A stretch of DNA of 41,641 nt from Candidatus Moraniibacteriota bacterium. GTDB taxonomy: Bacteria > Patescibacteriota > Minisyncoccia > Moranbacterales > UBA2206. Numbering within the stretch: the stretch's first letter is position 1; each line of letters opens with the position of its first letter. Location: NCBI GenBank assembly GCA_027351145.1, contig DAIEIZ010000007.1:1-41641 (forward strand), in the 5' to 3' direction. The notes beneath the pieces are model-generated. The model made no database searches and was not told where the DNA came from. It saw nothing but the letters and a program-made list of their open reading frames with translations. Positions 7,084 to 17,926 of the stretch are shown here, one piece after another. A program made the translations under genes and the position numbers.

Positions 7084-8658
7084 ATGCTCAACTTTCGCAA
7101 GATTTTAGATTTTTGCCAAAGACCCAACTTCCTTCTGGGTGGTATTCTTTTTACCTTTCTCCTCAAAGGTCTTGTTTTTGCGCTTATCATTCCGGTCTTT
7201 CAAGGTCCCGATGAATACATCCACTATGCCACTGTGCAGTATCTCGCCGAACCGAAAAACAAAACTTGGCCAATCAAAACCGAGGCGCGGCAAACGCAAG
7301 ACACTAAAGACATCCCTAGTTATCATTTCACGGATGAGATCATTGCTTTTTCCCGATTAACTGAAAGTTGGAATCTTTCCGGCGAACCGCACAACCGGCA
7401 AGTTTTTGACCCGGCCCTAATCGCAAAAAATGAAGCGGAAATGCGTAGCGGAAAATACGCCTCGCGCATCAGCGTTTATCCGCCCGACGTCGTTCCCAGC
7501 ACCAACCTCGCTCACCAAATTGCCGCTTGGGAAGAAAAAATAATGGCCCAAAAAGATTTTTTCTTCCGTTATTTCACCTTGCGCTTTTTGGCAATTTTCT
7601 ATGGAATGATCACTTTGATCTGCGCCTATTTCATTTTCATTTGGAGCGGGATGCAAAAAAAACAGGCGCTCCTTCTTACCGGAATTATCGCTTTTCAGCC
7701 GATGTTTTCCGCCACCACAGCCATTATCAACTATGATCCGCTACTCATTGCTTTCTTTTCTCTTTTTTTGCTTTGCGGTACTTCGATTATCGTGCATGGT
7801 CCTCGCTACATAAATTTCATCGGACTCTTCTTCTTCGCCCTAGGCGCTATTCTCACTAAAGGAACAGGCGGGATATTGCTTCTTCTCGGTATCAGTCTCA
7901 TCGCCTGGACACTTCGCAAATATTTTTATCAACTCAGCCGCTGGCAAAAAAGTGCCACATTTCTTGTCCTTGCTGCTCTTATCATCCTTTTGTTCTTTTT
8001 CTCCCCGATTAACTACACCTCGACATTTTCAGCGTTCAAAAAAGCCGACGCAACAAGCGCACTGGCAGATTATTTTAACAATAACCTTTTTGACTGGGGA
8101 AAAATTGAACGCACCGAAGGGACCTATTGGGGCACATTTGGCTGGCTCGACACCCAAATCCACCCTTTCGTACTTTACTCCATAATTTTCATTGAATTTG
8201 TTTCTTTTTTAGGCTTCATTTTTCTCCTCTTTTATTGGCTGCGCCATCGGCACTTTTTGCAAAAACTGACAGATTTCTCAAGAAAGCTGAAAAGATTTTT
8301 GCCTAAATTTCTTTCTCATGCATTTATCAAAATCAAAAGTGTTATCACGCAAGAAAAAGACTTTCTGCCCAAGCCGGAAATTCTTGTCTTTTTTGCCATC
8401 TCCACAATTCTCCTGCAACTAGCAGTCCGCTTTTACGACTGGGTTGGCATTTTTTCCAATGGAGAAGGCGTTGGACTTCCCGGGCGATATTTCCTGCCTA
8501 ATATTATCCCCCATTTCCTGTTTCTTGCCACAGGTTTTGGAGCACTCTCAAAAAATGCTCATATTTTTGAATTAATCCTTAAGACGATTTTTCTTCTTAT
8601 GGTCCTGCTTAGTTTCTATGCGATTTTCCTTATTATTATTCCCCGTTACTATCTATGA
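7084..8658 (+). CDS. Polytopic membrane protein, DUF2142-like (putative GT-C-fold glycosyltransferase)
   Basis: 524 aa, more than 10 TM. Has the N-terminal loop motif VFQGPDEYIHYATVQY, which is PDE..H as in DUF2142. TTGTTA-16-TATAAT lies at 7050-7077, just upstream of the ATG. Confidence 0.55.
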   Translation: MLNFRKILDFCQRPNFLLGGILFTFLLKGLVFALIIPVFQGPDEYIHYATVQYLAEPKNKTWPIKTEARQTQDTKDIPSYHFTDEIIAFSRLTESWNLSGEPHNRQVFDPALIAKNEAEMRSGKYASRISVYPPDVVPSTNLAHQIAAWEEKIMAQKDFFFRYFTLRFLAIFYGMITLICAYFIFIWSGMQKKQALLLTGIIAFQPMFSATTAIINYDPLLIAFFSLFLLCGTSIIVHGPRYINFIGLFFFALGAILTKGTGGILLLLGISLIAWTLRKYFYQLSRWQKSATFLVLAALIILLFFFSPINYTSTFSAFKKADATSALADYFNNNLFDWGKIERTEGTYWGTFGWLDTQIHPFVLYSIIFIEFVSFLGFIFLLFYWLRHRHFLQKLTDFSRKLKRFLPKFLSHAFIKIKSVITQEKDFLPKPEILVFFAISTILLQLAVRFYDWVGIFSNGEGVGLPGRYFLPNIIPHFLFLATGFGALSKNAHIFELILKTIFLLMVLLSFYAIFLIIIPRYYL

Positions 8659-9350
8659 CAACTTTTAACAATAAAAAAACAATTAAATGGCTCATTGGAA
8701 TATTTATTTTTGGATTTCTTCTGATTATTTTCACTTTTTGGCGCTGGCTGGTTTTTCCCACTGATTACCGCCTATTTGAAACAAACGGGAAAATCATTCT
8801 CCAACCAAATGAAGCGCTCTCTCAAGTTTTTGAAGCGAAAGATGACAATCTTTCACAAATCCAAATTATTCTCCACAATGAAGCTATGCCCTGGGGAGAA
8901 AATTTGACGCTTTCCATCCGCGATGAAAATTGTGAAAATGTCATCCGTAGCACACAAGTTGACTGGCCACTGCACGCGCCCAAGCAATATGATTATTTCA
9001 CTTTTCCTGTCATTCCTGATTCCAAGAATCAAACCTATTGCCTCTATCTCCTTTTTGAAGCGCCCAAAAAACGCAAAAATATGCCCTATGTACTCACAAT
9101 GGAAAACACAGGGGATGCCAAGGATCAAATCACAGAATGGAAAAAAAGTGGCATACCAAAAGAATACCCGGAGCAATCCTTCGTTTTCCACGCCACCTAT
9201 GCAACAAACACCGCGCAAACGCTCTCAGAATTCGCAAGAAGGCTTAGCGCATATAAGGCCAACTATTTCCAAGGTAACGCGTCCCTTTGGATTATTGCGA
9301 TCTTTTTGCTCGTGACACTTGCCCTAACCCTTATCCTTCTTCTTTTTTAA
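8655..9350 (+). CDS. Hypothetical bitopic membrane protein (N- and C-terminal TM), translationally coupled to 7084-8658
   Basis: ATGA start/stop overlap with the upstream gene. TM segments at both ends. No recognisable motif. Confidence 0.55.
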   Translation: MTTFNNKKTIKWLIGIFIFGFLLIIFTFWRWLVFPTDYRLFETNGKIILQPNEALSQVFEAKDDNLSQIQIILHNEAMPWGENLTLSIRDENCENVIRSTQVDWPLHAPKQYDYFTFPVIPDSKNQTYCLYLLFEAPKKRKNMPYVLTMENTGDAKDQITEWKKSGIPKEYPEQSFVFHATYATNTAQTLSEFARRLSAYKANYFQGNASLWIIAIFLLVTLALTLILLLF

Positions 9351-9351
9351 C

Positions 9352-10320
9352 CTAAGCCTGCTTCTTCACAAAAGATAGCAAATGATGCAATTTAGCAAAT
9401 CCAAAATACATTTTTTGCATAATGACATAGTCTCCGACTAGCCTGTTTTTTTGAACCCAGATTCTTTTTTGCAAAATTTTTCGAAGATTTTTGAGCGTAA
9501 ACCACCAGCCTTGAACATAGGAATAGGCAACTTTTGGCTTGAGAATAAGCACAAAAAAGATTATCTCAAAAATATTCTGGACAAGATAGAGCGGAAAAAT
9601 CCAAAGGAGAGTGAACCATTTGTAGTTTTTTAGGAGCATTTGAGGAATATTTTGATTGCGCCAAAGAAATGTCGCATATCTGACTCCCCTGCCCGTGCTA
9701 CCTGCGCCGGCATGGCAAAAAAAGAGATCAGGAACATAGGCAAAACTTTTTTTGAGCAAATTCAATCGCCAAAACCAATCGACTTCTTCGGAATAGAAAA
9801 AGAAATTACTATCCAATCCAAGACTTTCTTCATAGAGTTTTTTTTCAAAAAAAAGACAAGCCCCCAACAGATAAAATGATTTTTTTTCTTCAAGCCCAAC
9901 TCCGATTGGATGCCCAAACAGGTCAATTGTAGCGTTATATTTTTTCGATTCTTTCTCATCAGCATAATCCTTTTCAAAGGGCGCGACCACATCGAACTGA
10001 TTATTTTGATAAAAGGCAATAATCCTTTCCAGGAAATCTTTTTTTAGCCATGTGTCATTGTTGATGAGCAATAAATATCTTCCCTTTGAAGTTTCAATTC
10101 CCAAATTGTTCCCCCCTGCGAATCCTAAATTTTTGTCGCTCTTCACGATTTTGATGCGTGCGTCCTGATAGTTCTTTTGAAGAAACGCGATACTGTCATC
10201 AACTGAAGCATTGTCCACAAAAATGATCTCGAAATCTTGGTAAGTTTGGCAAAGCAAAGAATCGAATAACTTTTTTAGCCATGCGCTCCCATTATAGTTT
10301 AGAATTATTATTGAAATCAT
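9352..10320 (-). CDS. Glycosyltransferase family 2
   Basis: MISIIILNYNGSAWLKKLFDSLLCQTYQDFEIIFVDNASVDDS is the typical GT2 N-terminus with a DxD-type region. Confidence 0.85.
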   Translation of the reverse strand: MISIIILNYNGSAWLKKLFDSLLCQTYQDFEIIFVDNASVDDSIAFLQKNYQDARIKIVKSDKNLGFAGGNNLGIETSKGRYLLLINNDTWLKKDFLERIIAFYQNNQFDVVAPFEKDYADEKESKKYNATIDLFGHPIGVGLEEKKSFYLLGACLFFEKKLYEESLGLDSNFFFYSEEVDWFWRLNLLKKSFAYVPDLFFCHAGAGSTGRGVRYATFLWRNQNIPQMLLKNYKWFTLLWIFPLYLVQNIFEIIFFVLILKPKVAYSYVQGWWFTLKNLRKILQKRIWVQKNRLVGDYVIMQKMYFGFAKLHHLLSFVKKQA

Positions 10321-10331
10321 GATTTACGCGT

Positions 10332-11114
10332 TTAATAGGTAAAAAATAATCTTCGCAGCATATTCATTATTTTCACTCTCGTTCTCCAGGGAATCAGCAC
10401 GATCAATTTCACAATCACTATTTGCAATCTGCTCTTAGCCAGATGGGCGCCACTCAGAACTTTCCGATTACTCATGTCTATTTTTAGCCCCATTTTTTGA
10501 GCAATTTTCAGTTTATTGGGAAACCATTTGCCCTTCTCAACGGTATTAATCGTTTCAAATATTCCGGCGGGGAGACAATAAAAGCCATCTGCGTAGGAAC
10601 TGCGATAAGACCCCATGATCTCAAAATTCCAAGGACTTTCTCCGTCAAGAAGCAGTTCTAGCAGATAACTTTTTTTCCACAGACCAAGCACATTAACGCG
10701 ATAAGGCATGCCTTTGGCATACACACCAATTCCCTGCTCAATCACCGAGTCCGGTTTTGGACGCTGATCAATGTGACAGTGATAAAAATCGTTTTCCAAA
10801 AGCACCCTAAAACACTCCTGAAATTTTACACTATCAACATTTTTAACTAAAAATAAATCCTCAAGGATAATGAAAACATACTCCGCGTCGATTTGTTCAA
10901 TAATTTTTCTCACACTACTAGACCAATCTTGATCCTCTCCTGAGAGAATTGTCCGCACTCGTTTATCGCCAAAATTTTGCTTGTTGGCACCAAGATAAAC
11001 TGGATATTCGCAATCCGACCAAAACCGAAAAAAACACTCAAAAAACGGTACCCATAGATCGGAATATTTATCACAAGACAAGACGAGAATGGCAAGATTA
11101 TTTTTATTTTCCAT
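10332..11114 (-). CDS. Hypothetical protein of the glycan cluster (possible glycosyl- or phospho-transferase; family not recognised)
   Basis: 260-aa ORF overlapping the upstream GT2 stop by 11 nt. The motif LVLSCDKYSDLWVPFF..FW is reminiscent of capsule/LPS-cluster proteins, but I cannot name the family. Confidence 0.5.
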   Translation of the reverse strand: MENKNNLAILVLSCDKYSDLWVPFFECFFRFWSDCEYPVYLGANKQNFGDKRVRTILSGEDQDWSSSVRKIIEQIDAEYVFIILEDLFLVKNVDSVKFQECFRVLLENDFYHCHIDQRPKPDSVIEQGIGVYAKGMPYRVNVLGLWKKSYLLELLLDGESPWNFEIMGSYRSSYADGFYCLPAGIFETINTVEKGKWFPNKLKIAQKMGLKIDMSNRKVLSGAHLAKSRLQIVIVKLIVLIPWRTRVKIMNMLRRLFFTY

Positions 11115-12141
11115 AAACCATCAATCTAGGATTAATTCCGACAATTTTTAGAATGTAATAATAACCGATTATACAGCCGGTATAGAAGGTTAGAAACGGA
11201 TGCAATAGACAAACCAAGCTTTTTCTTCTGACTGTCAAATAGACACCATAGATCAATGGAAGCACGATAGTTAAGGAATATGGCATAAACAAATATTTCT
11301 TAAACCTGATTTGAGGACTGTCGTGCATCTCTCTTTTAGCAAAACCGGCAATCTCGTCACTATGGAACATATTACTGATAACCCGCCACTTGATTTTGTT
11401 CAAATATTTCCTGAAGCTATCAGATGAATGATGCACGATAAAATCATCTTTTAGCACAAAAATTCTCCGGTCTTTTTTCAGTGTAATGTAGATTATTTGC
11501 GTAAGCATTCTCACATCATTTATTTTTTCACCAAGAAGCTTTTTCACATAATTCACATCTATCGCATTGCCCGCACATAAATCAGCCAACGGCAAACGAC
11601 TATTTTCATCCAAAAATAGAACAGCATATTTTTCCCGAATGGAATGATGTCTATAGGCGGCTAGCATTGATTTTAGATAATATTGAAAACCGGATGACGT
11701 GCCATACATAAAAAACGAAAACGGATCGGAGAAATGATTGATGTAGTCATTGATATAGTGAGCTCCTTTAGGCTTGATGTACCCTCCTGTGAAAATTATT
11801 TTTGCCTCATCTTTTTGAAATATATCCACCCGATCCCCTATTGCGTCCATGTTAGTGAAAACCTCGTCGGAATCCAGAAAAATAATATAGCGGCCTTTTG
11901 CGCTCAAAATCCCAATATGCTTGGCATATTCCGGAAGTTTTCTTTCATTTTTCATGACAACACAACCAAACTCCTTGGCAATTTCCGCTGTCTTATCTGA
12001 CGACCCGCCGTCAAGTACTAATATCTCGATTGAATTCTGATCAAAATTTTGCTTTCTGATGGACTCCAATGACATTCTGATTGTCCTTTCAGAATTCAAA
12101 GTAGGCATTATTATTGAAACTAGCATTTTTTTATCTTCCAT
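11104..12141 (-). CDS. Glycosyltransferase family 2 with C-terminal TM segments
   Basis: Contains VSIIMPTLNSERTIRMSLESIRKQNF...ILVLDGGSSDKT. The C-terminus is hydrophobic. Confidence 0.85.
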   Translation of the reverse strand: MEDKKMLVSIIMPTLNSERTIRMSLESIRKQNFDQNSIEILVLDGGSSDKTAEIAKEFGCVVMKNERKLPEYAKHIGILSAKGRYIIFLDSDEVFTNMDAIGDRVDIFQKDEAKIIFTGGYIKPKGAHYINDYINHFSDPFSFFMYGTSSGFQYYLKSMLAAYRHHSIREKYAVLFLDENSRLPLADLCAGNAIDVNYVKKLLGEKINDVRMLTQIIYITLKKDRRIFVLKDDFIVHHSSDSFRKYLNKIKWRVISNMFHSDEIAGFAKREMHDSPQIRFKKYLFMPYSLTIVLPLIYGVYLTVRRKSLVCLLHPFLTFYTGCIIGYYYILKIVGINPRLMVYGK

Positions 12142-12143
12142 AG

Positions 12144-13247
12144 TTATTCGGCAGTGATTAAATTGATAAACTCCGCGTAGCTTTTGTCAAAGTTAACTTC
12201 CCTGCTAAAATCCAACGCTGCTCGTTGTAATTTTTGATATCTACCAGCATTTCTGAGAATTTTCACCACCTCATTGCCCAACTCGATCGGATTATTCTTT
12301 TTGCAAATTATTCCGGTTTCTCCATCGCGAACCGCATCACGAAGTCCGTCCACATCATAGGTAATCGCGGGAGTCCCTTGGCTATTAGCCTCGGTTATAG
12401 TCAAACCCCAGCCTTCCTTAGTCGAGGCAGCCAGAAGTAAGTGACTTTTTCGCATCAGTTCGATTTTCTTATCCAATGAGACCTTGCCTAGATATTTAAT
12501 GTCTTTTTGAAACCGGCTTTTAGCAATCAACTTTTTAGTTTTTTCTATATAATCCAATTTTCCTCCTCCGGCAATAATCAGCTTAAGTTCCGACATTAAC
12601 CGCTTAGCCGCTTCAAAAGCCCTAATCTGAGCAATAGTTTTTTTCATAGGCCGGATTGACCCAAAAATTAAAACGGTCGGGACTGCATATTTTTCAATTC
12701 TCCGTAGCGAAGTAATTGGCTCAATCTCAATGCCTTCACTAATAATGTTGATATTTTGAGACTTGAAACCATAGCGCATTAAATCCTTTTTGGTACTAGC
12801 GGAAACTGTAATTACTTTTTGATCGCTTAACATGCGCAGATATAGCGGTTCGAGCAGATAGCCAATCAAGCTTAGTGGAAAAAACATTTCATAGAACCAG
12901 ATTTCCCGCGCCAGCTGATGCACAAAAATAATTTTCTTTTCTTGAACAAAAAATTTACAAAAAAAAGGAATCGTATTTATTTCATCAATCACTAAATCAG
13001 CCCAGCCCTTCAAGTTCTTTTTGTAATATTGATAGGCCCTGAAATAAACTGTCCATTTATTGCCTACTCGAATTATTCTGTAACCATTGACAGCTTCCTC
13101 GTGCAATGCGCCCAAAAATCCGCCCACCAAAAGGATGACTTCGTGTCCATCACGAGCAAGCCGACTAGCAAGCTCTTCATTCACCAACTCCGCTCCGCCG
13201 GCACGGGGATTTTTTTTGTCTTCCCATGTAAACCAAAGTATTTTCAT
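12144..13247 (-). CDS. Glycosyltransferase family 4 (GT-B, Glycos_transf_1 type)
   Basis: N-terminus has GGAELVNEELASRLARDGHEV. C-terminal region has EGWGLTITEANSQGTPAI, the E-x7-E type motif region. Confidence 0.85.
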   Translation of the reverse strand: MKILWFTWEDKKNPRAGGAELVNEELASRLARDGHEVILLVGGFLGALHEEAVNGYRIIRVGNKWTVYFRAYQYYKKNLKGWADLVIDEINTIPFFCKFFVQEKKIIFVHQLAREIWFYEMFFPLSLIGYLLEPLYLRMLSDQKVITVSASTKKDLMRYGFKSQNINIISEGIEIEPITSLRRIEKYAVPTVLIFGSIRPMKKTIAQIRAFEAAKRLMSELKLIIAGGGKLDYIEKTKKLIAKSRFQKDIKYLGKVSLDKKIELMRKSHLLLAASTKEGWGLTITEANSQGTPAITYDVDGLRDAVRDGETGIICKKNNPIELGNEVVKILRNAGRYQKLQRAALDFSREVNFDKSYAEFINLITAE

Positions 13248-13255
13248 AGAGTTTT

Positions 13256-14197
13256 CTATTTTTCAATCTTGGCACAATTTTCCCTAAACCAATCTATTGT
13301 CATTTTCAATCCATCATCCAATTCAATTTGATGCTTCCAGCCAAGCACATGGAGCCTTGTCACGTCCAGAAGTTTTCTAGGTGTTCCATCCGGCTTGGTT
13401 GAGTCCCAAGCAATTTCACCATTAAATCCAATCAGTTTTTGAATTTTTTCCGCCAATTCTTTAATGCTAATATCCTCCCCCGTACCAATATTCACAATCT
13501 CCGGACTATCATAGTTTTGCATCAAAAAAACACAAGCATCAGCCAAATCAGCAACATGCAAAAACTCACGTTTCGGCTTTCCGGTGCCCCAAAGAGCAAT
13601 CTCTTTTTTTCCTGCCTCTTTCGCTTCATGAAATTTACGGATTAGCGCCGGAAGAACATGACTTGATTCCAAATCGAAATTATCATTTTCACCATAGAGG
13701 TTTGTCGGCATAACTGAGATAAAATTAGTACCATATTGCGCGTTAAAACTCTGGCACATCTTAATACCGGCGATTTTGGCAATCGCATAGGCATCATTGG
13801 TTTCTTCCAAATAGCCAGACATCAGATATTCTTCTTTGATTGGCTGAGGACAATTTTTCGGATAGATACAAGATGAACCGAGAAAAAGCAGCTTTTTAAC
13901 GCCAAATTTCCAAGCTGAGTGGATGATGTTATTTTGAATTTCCAAATTTTCATAGATAAAATCGGCCTTGGCATTTTTATTGGCCATAATTCCTCCCACC
14001 TTAGCTGCAGCCAAAAAAACATAGTCCGGTTTTTCTTTTTCAAAAAAATGCTCGACAGCTTTTTTGTCCATAATATCCAGTTCGCTCCTTTCTCTTAGAA
14101 CCAAATTTAAAAAACCATCCAAAGAAAGTTTCCTGACAAGCGCCGATCCAACAAGTCCTTTGTGCCCGGCAATAAAAATTTTAGCAGTTTTTTTCAT
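13256..14197 (-). CDS. fcl: GDP-L-fucose synthase (GDP-4-keto-6-deoxy-D-mannose 3,5-epimerase/4-reductase)
   Basis: Contains KIFIAGHKGLVGSALVRKL, SSCIYPK, and YAIAKIAG (YxxxK). It is adjacent to gmd. I prefer ATG at 14195-14197 over the TTG at 14236. Confidence 0.85.
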   Translation of the reverse strand: MKKTAKIFIAGHKGLVGSALVRKLSLDGFLNLVLRERSELDIMDKKAVEHFFEKEKPDYVFLAAAKVGGIMANKNAKADFIYENLEIQNNIIHSAWKFGVKKLLFLGSSCIYPKNCPQPIKEEYLMSGYLEETNDAYAIAKIAGIKMCQSFNAQYGTNFISVMPTNLYGENDNFDLESSHVLPALIRKFHEAKEAGKKEIALWGTGKPKREFLHVADLADACVFLMQNYDSPEIVNIGTGEDISIKELAEKIQKLIGFNGEIAWDSTKPDGTPRKLLDVTRLHVLGWKHQIELDDGLKMTIDWFRENCAKIEK

Positions 14198-14395
14198 AGT
14201 ATTATCATGACTTACGCGTTTGCTTGAGTCAGCCAAATTTTTTAAAAAAATCCTGCCTGAGAACGTTTTTTTTCAAAATTTTCCGCTAGATGCCATCGAT
14301 TGAGAGATGATTTTGAAAAGAAAAAAGAGCTCTTGAGTTATTTTTTTAAAAAATTCGACTGCGAGACAAAGCGAGCAAATCCTAATTGCATTCAT

Positions 14396-15460
14396 TTACA
14401 ACTTATTATTTTTTAGAACCTGCACTTGCCCTGCTTCCTCCTTGAAATCAGCCTCAGCCATAAGCTTAACCAAATCGCTAAATTTAGTCTCTGCTGTCCA
14501 GCCCAATTTTTCTTTCGCTTTTGCAGGATCACCGATCAAAAGGTCCACTTCAGCCGGTCGGAAATATTTTGGGTCAATCTCAATAATAGTTTTTCCGGTT
14601 TTTTGATCAATTCCTTTTTCCGCGATTCCTTCTCCAGACCAAGCCAGATCGAAACCGAGAAACTTGCAAGTTTCCTCAACAAATTCTCTCACCGTGTATG
14701 TTTCTCCTGTTGCCAAAACAAAATCATCCGGCTCTTCTTGCTGGAGCATTTGCCACATCCCCTCAACATAGTCTTTGGCATAGCCCCAATCTCTTTTAGC
14801 ATTAATATTTCCCAGATAGAGCTTTTCCTCTAAGCCCAGCTTTATTCGAGCCAGTCCTCGCGTGATTTTTCTCGTCACAAAAGTTTCTCCTCGTCTGGGC
14901 GATTCATGGTTAAAGAGAATTCCGTTACACGCAAACAATCCATAGCTTTCACGATAATTAACCGTAATCCAATAGGAATAGATTTTGGCGCAAGAATAGG
15001 GTGAGCGCGGATAAAATGGCGTGGTTTCTCGCTGTGGCGCTTCTTGCACCTTGCCGAATAGCTCGCTACTTGATGCTTGATAGAATTTTGTTTTTATTCC
15101 CGACTCCTTAATAGCATCCAAAAGTCGAATTGTCCCCAGCCCTGTTACATCGCCCGTATATTCCGGAATATCAAAGCTGACCCGCACATGACTTTGCGCC
15201 GCCAAGTTATATATTTCATCCGGTCTTATTTTTTCGATAAGTCTAGAGATATTACTGCCATCAGAAAGATCGCCATAATGCAGAAAAAGATGCACGCCGT
15301 TGATATGCGAGTCTCTATAGAGATGATCGATTCTTTTAGTGTTAAAAGTGGACGCACGACGAATGATTCCATGCACCTCATAGCCTTTTTCCAAAAGCAA
15401 TTCTGCTAAATAGGATCCGTCTTGACCGGTAATACCGGTAATTAATGCTTTTTTTTGCAT
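14396..15460 (-). CDS. gmd: GDP-mannose 4,6-dehydratase
   Basis: [46 protein letters not shown] is a near-canonical Gmd N-terminus. Confidence 0.9.
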   Translation of the reverse strand: MQKKALITGITGQDGSYLAELLLEKGYEVHGIIRRASTFNTKRIDHLYRDSHINGVHLFLHYGDLSDGSNISRLIEKIRPDEIYNLAAQSHVRVSFDIPEYTGDVTGLGTIRLLDAIKESGIKTKFYQASSSELFGKVQEAPQRETTPFYPRSPYSCAKIYSYWITVNYRESYGLFACNGILFNHESPRRGETFVTRKITRGLARIKLGLEEKLYLGNINAKRDWGYAKDYVEGMWQMLQQEEPDDFVLATGETYTVREFVEETCKFLGFDLAWSGEGIAEKGIDQKTGKTIIEIDPKYFRPAEVDLLIGDPAKAKEKLGWTAETKFSDLVKLMAEADFKEEAGQVQVLKNNKL

Positions 15461-15531
15461 GTATTTCGTTATTATAGGTTACTCCTTATTTTACCACATT
15501 CTCCCAATTTTAAAAACAGACCGATTCACGT

Positions 15532-16377
15532 CTAGTGGAATAAATAATAGATCTTCAAAAGTATCCGAAAAAACCAATCCACCCGTTCTGTTACAAAATC
15601 ATTCGGCAAAGTCAGAATGGTTTTTTGGGTGTCCGCAGATGCCTTAATAGCTTTAATTTCCTCCGAGGTCAATCCAGCGGGAAATTTCAACAGTAATTTT
15701 TTCATATTATCACTATTGTTTTTCACCTCTCGCGACCAATATGACTTTCCGTCCACACGGTGGTAATATTTCGTGCCAGCCACAATCTTGAACTCATAAC
15801 CAAAAAGGAATGCCTTATAGCCGAAAGACCAGGATTCCAAAGCGCCAAATTCCGTTTCATAGCCGCCAACTTTTTCAAAAACTGAGCGACGGAAAAGATA
15901 GTTACCATCCACCACGGGATGATAGGCCGTTTTGCGCAAATCATCAAAAACCATCTTATCCTTAAAGAATAGCCATTTCTTGTAGGTCAGATCCAGTCCT
16001 AGAAAGCCATAGAAAAAACAAATATTTTGAAAAGTGACCAAATTATCTTTATCTGTCACGGCGGATAGCAATTTTTGAAAAGATTTTTTGTCCAGATAAT
16101 TATCCGAATCAATCAGGAAAAACCAATCCGCGCTTGCCAGTTTCACACATTCATTTCGCGTAAATCCCCCGCCACGATTTTGCGGATTTTTGCCAATCCT
16201 AACAACTTCCGGATATTTTTTGGCATAAACCTTAATCAGCTCATAAGTACCGTCTTTTGATCCGTCATCCACCATGCAAATTTCAAATTCAGGCAACTTC
16301 AAATTCAAGATTGAACCGACAGTATCGGGAAGAGTTTTTTCGCAGTTATAGCATGGGATGATAAAAGAAATTTTCAT
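15532..16377 (-). CDS. Glycosyltransferase family 2
   Basis: Contains MKISFIIPCYNCEKTLPDTVGSILNL..MVDDGSKDGT. Has a 4-nt ATGA overlap with galE. Confidence 0.85.
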   Translation of the reverse strand: MKISFIIPCYNCEKTLPDTVGSILNLKLPEFEICMVDDGSKDGTYELIKVYAKKYPEVVRIGKNPQNRGGGFTRNECVKLASADWFFLIDSDNYLDKKSFQKLLSAVTDKDNLVTFQNICFFYGFLGLDLTYKKWLFFKDKMVFDDLRKTAYHPVVDGNYLFRRSVFEKVGGYETEFGALESWSFGYKAFLFGYEFKIVAGTKYYHRVDGKSYWSREVKNNSDNMKKLLLKFPAGLTSEEIKAIKASADTQKTILTLPNDFVTERVDWFFRILLKIYYLFH

Positions 16378-17387
16378 TTTGAATTTTGTGATTTATAGCC
16401 ATTTGGATGCCCCGCGTACCACCTTTTTAAACTTTCCACGCTCTCGGTGATTCCTTTTTTTGAATGCCATTTGAGAATTTTTTGCGCTTTTTGGGAGTTG
16501 GCAAAAATTTCAGAATATTCACCTTTTCTATGCACTGCTTTTCTCTTTTTTAATTTCACTCCAAAACTTTTTTCCACCTCGCTGACAATTTCCTTGACTG
16601 AATATCCCTTGCCATTACCCAGATTAAACGCATCACTCTTGCCACCTTTTTCCAGATATGTGAAAGCGGCAAAATGAGCCTCCACTAAATCCTCCACGTC
16701 AATGTAATCTCGAATCGGAGTGCCATCCGGCGTTTTTACTTTTGCACAAGTAAAAGCAAACGGCTCAATGTTCATCGCACCACGCACCGCATTTTGCATC
16801 AAAAGTTGCGATGGTTTCTTGCTATCCCCAATTATCCCGGAACTTGCTGCGCCGCAAATATTGAAATAGCGCAAGATTACGTAACGCAAGCCAAACGCTT
16901 CATACCAAGGAAGCATTTTTTCAACTAACAACTTCGATTCTCCATAGGGATTGACCGGATTTTGCGGATGATTTTCATCTACGGGAAGATATTTAGTCTC
17001 GCCGTAGGTCGCGCAAGTTGAGGAGAAAATAAGCTTTCCCACCTGGTGTTTTTTCATTGCCTCCAAAAGGTTGAGGCTGCCCATCGCATTATTTTCAAAA
17101 TATAATCCCGGATTTTCCATTGATTCATTCACGAGACATAGCGCGGCAAAATGCAAAACACAATCAATCTTATGTGTGTGAAAAACTTTTTCAATGTCTT
17201 TAGCGTTTCTTAAGTCGCCTCGCACAAAATCCAGCTTGCCAATTTTCTTAAGAATCTTAATCGGTTCCTCAAAACCACGGAATAGATTGTCAAAAACCAC
17301 CACTTCATAGCCATTTTCCAAAAATAGTTTAACGGCATGACTGCCAATATACCCCGCGCCACCTGTTATCAAAATCTTTTTTGGCAT
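16374..17387 (-). CDS. galE: UDP-glucose 4-epimerase
   Basis: Contains KILITGGAGYIGSH, SSTCATYG and PYGESK (YxxxK). Confidence 0.85.
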   Translation of the reverse strand: MPKKILITGGAGYIGSHAVKLFLENGYEVVVFDNLFRGFEEPIKILKKIGKLDFVRGDLRNAKDIEKVFHTHKIDCVLHFAALCLVNESMENPGLYFENNAMGSLNLLEAMKKHQVGKLIFSSTCATYGETKYLPVDENHPQNPVNPYGESKLLVEKMLPWYEAFGLRYVILRYFNICGAASSGIIGDSKKPSQLLMQNAVRGAMNIEPFAFTCAKVKTPDGTPIRDYIDVEDLVEAHFAAFTYLEKGGKSDAFNLGNGKGYSVKEIVSEVEKSFGVKLKKRKAVHRKGEYSEIFANSQKAQKILKWHSKKGITESVESLKRWYAGHPNGYKSQNSK

Positions 17388-17404
17388 AAATTACTTTAAA
17401 CTAG

Positions 17405-17902
17405 TTATTTGAATTTTACTCGCAATTTTCTCTTGAGATATTTTTCGTAATTTACCGAACTGTTGATATAGCGAATATTAAAATCATGGTTTATGCGATA
17501 AATTATTGAGTAGGATTTTACCGGCATCTCATCAACAATCACATCCGTTACCAGATGAAAAAAAAGTCCCAATGCCAGACTCAAAAAAATTATTTTGGCA
17601 TACTTATTTTTAAACAAAAACACCAGCAATATTAAAATAATAACATATTCCCATCCATGGAACACTATGTAAACCTTGCCCGATTTCAAAAATTGATAAC
17701 CATCTCTAAAATATCGGAAATTCCAGTTCAAACCAAAAGCAAGGTAATAGTCGATAAAATGATCAAAATCAACAAGAAATCCGCCAATAACGCCAAAAAT
17801 GGCCGCTACAAACGGCTTCTTCCAAATTCGCCAAACAATAAATCCAGCCAGAAGACTGAAAAATATATGAATTGAGAGATGCAAAGGCAAAGATAAATTC
17901 AT
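17405..17902 (-). CDS. Membrane-bound metal-dependent hydrolase-like protein (DUF457/YdjM-like)
   Basis: 165 aa, 4-5 TM, with His/Asp motifs LVDFDHFIDY, HGWEY and HLVTD. Confidence 0.45.
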   Translation of the reverse strand: MNLSLPLHLSIHIFFSLLAGFIVWRIWKKPFVAAIFGVIGGFLVDFDHFIDYYLAFGLNWNFRYFRDGYQFLKSGKVYIVFHGWEYVIILILLVFLFKNKYAKIIFLSLALGLFFHLVTDVIVDEMPVKSYSIIYRINHDFNIRYINSSVNYEKYLKRKLRVKFK

Positions 17903-17926
17903 AGAACTAAAAGTATCATATAGACC

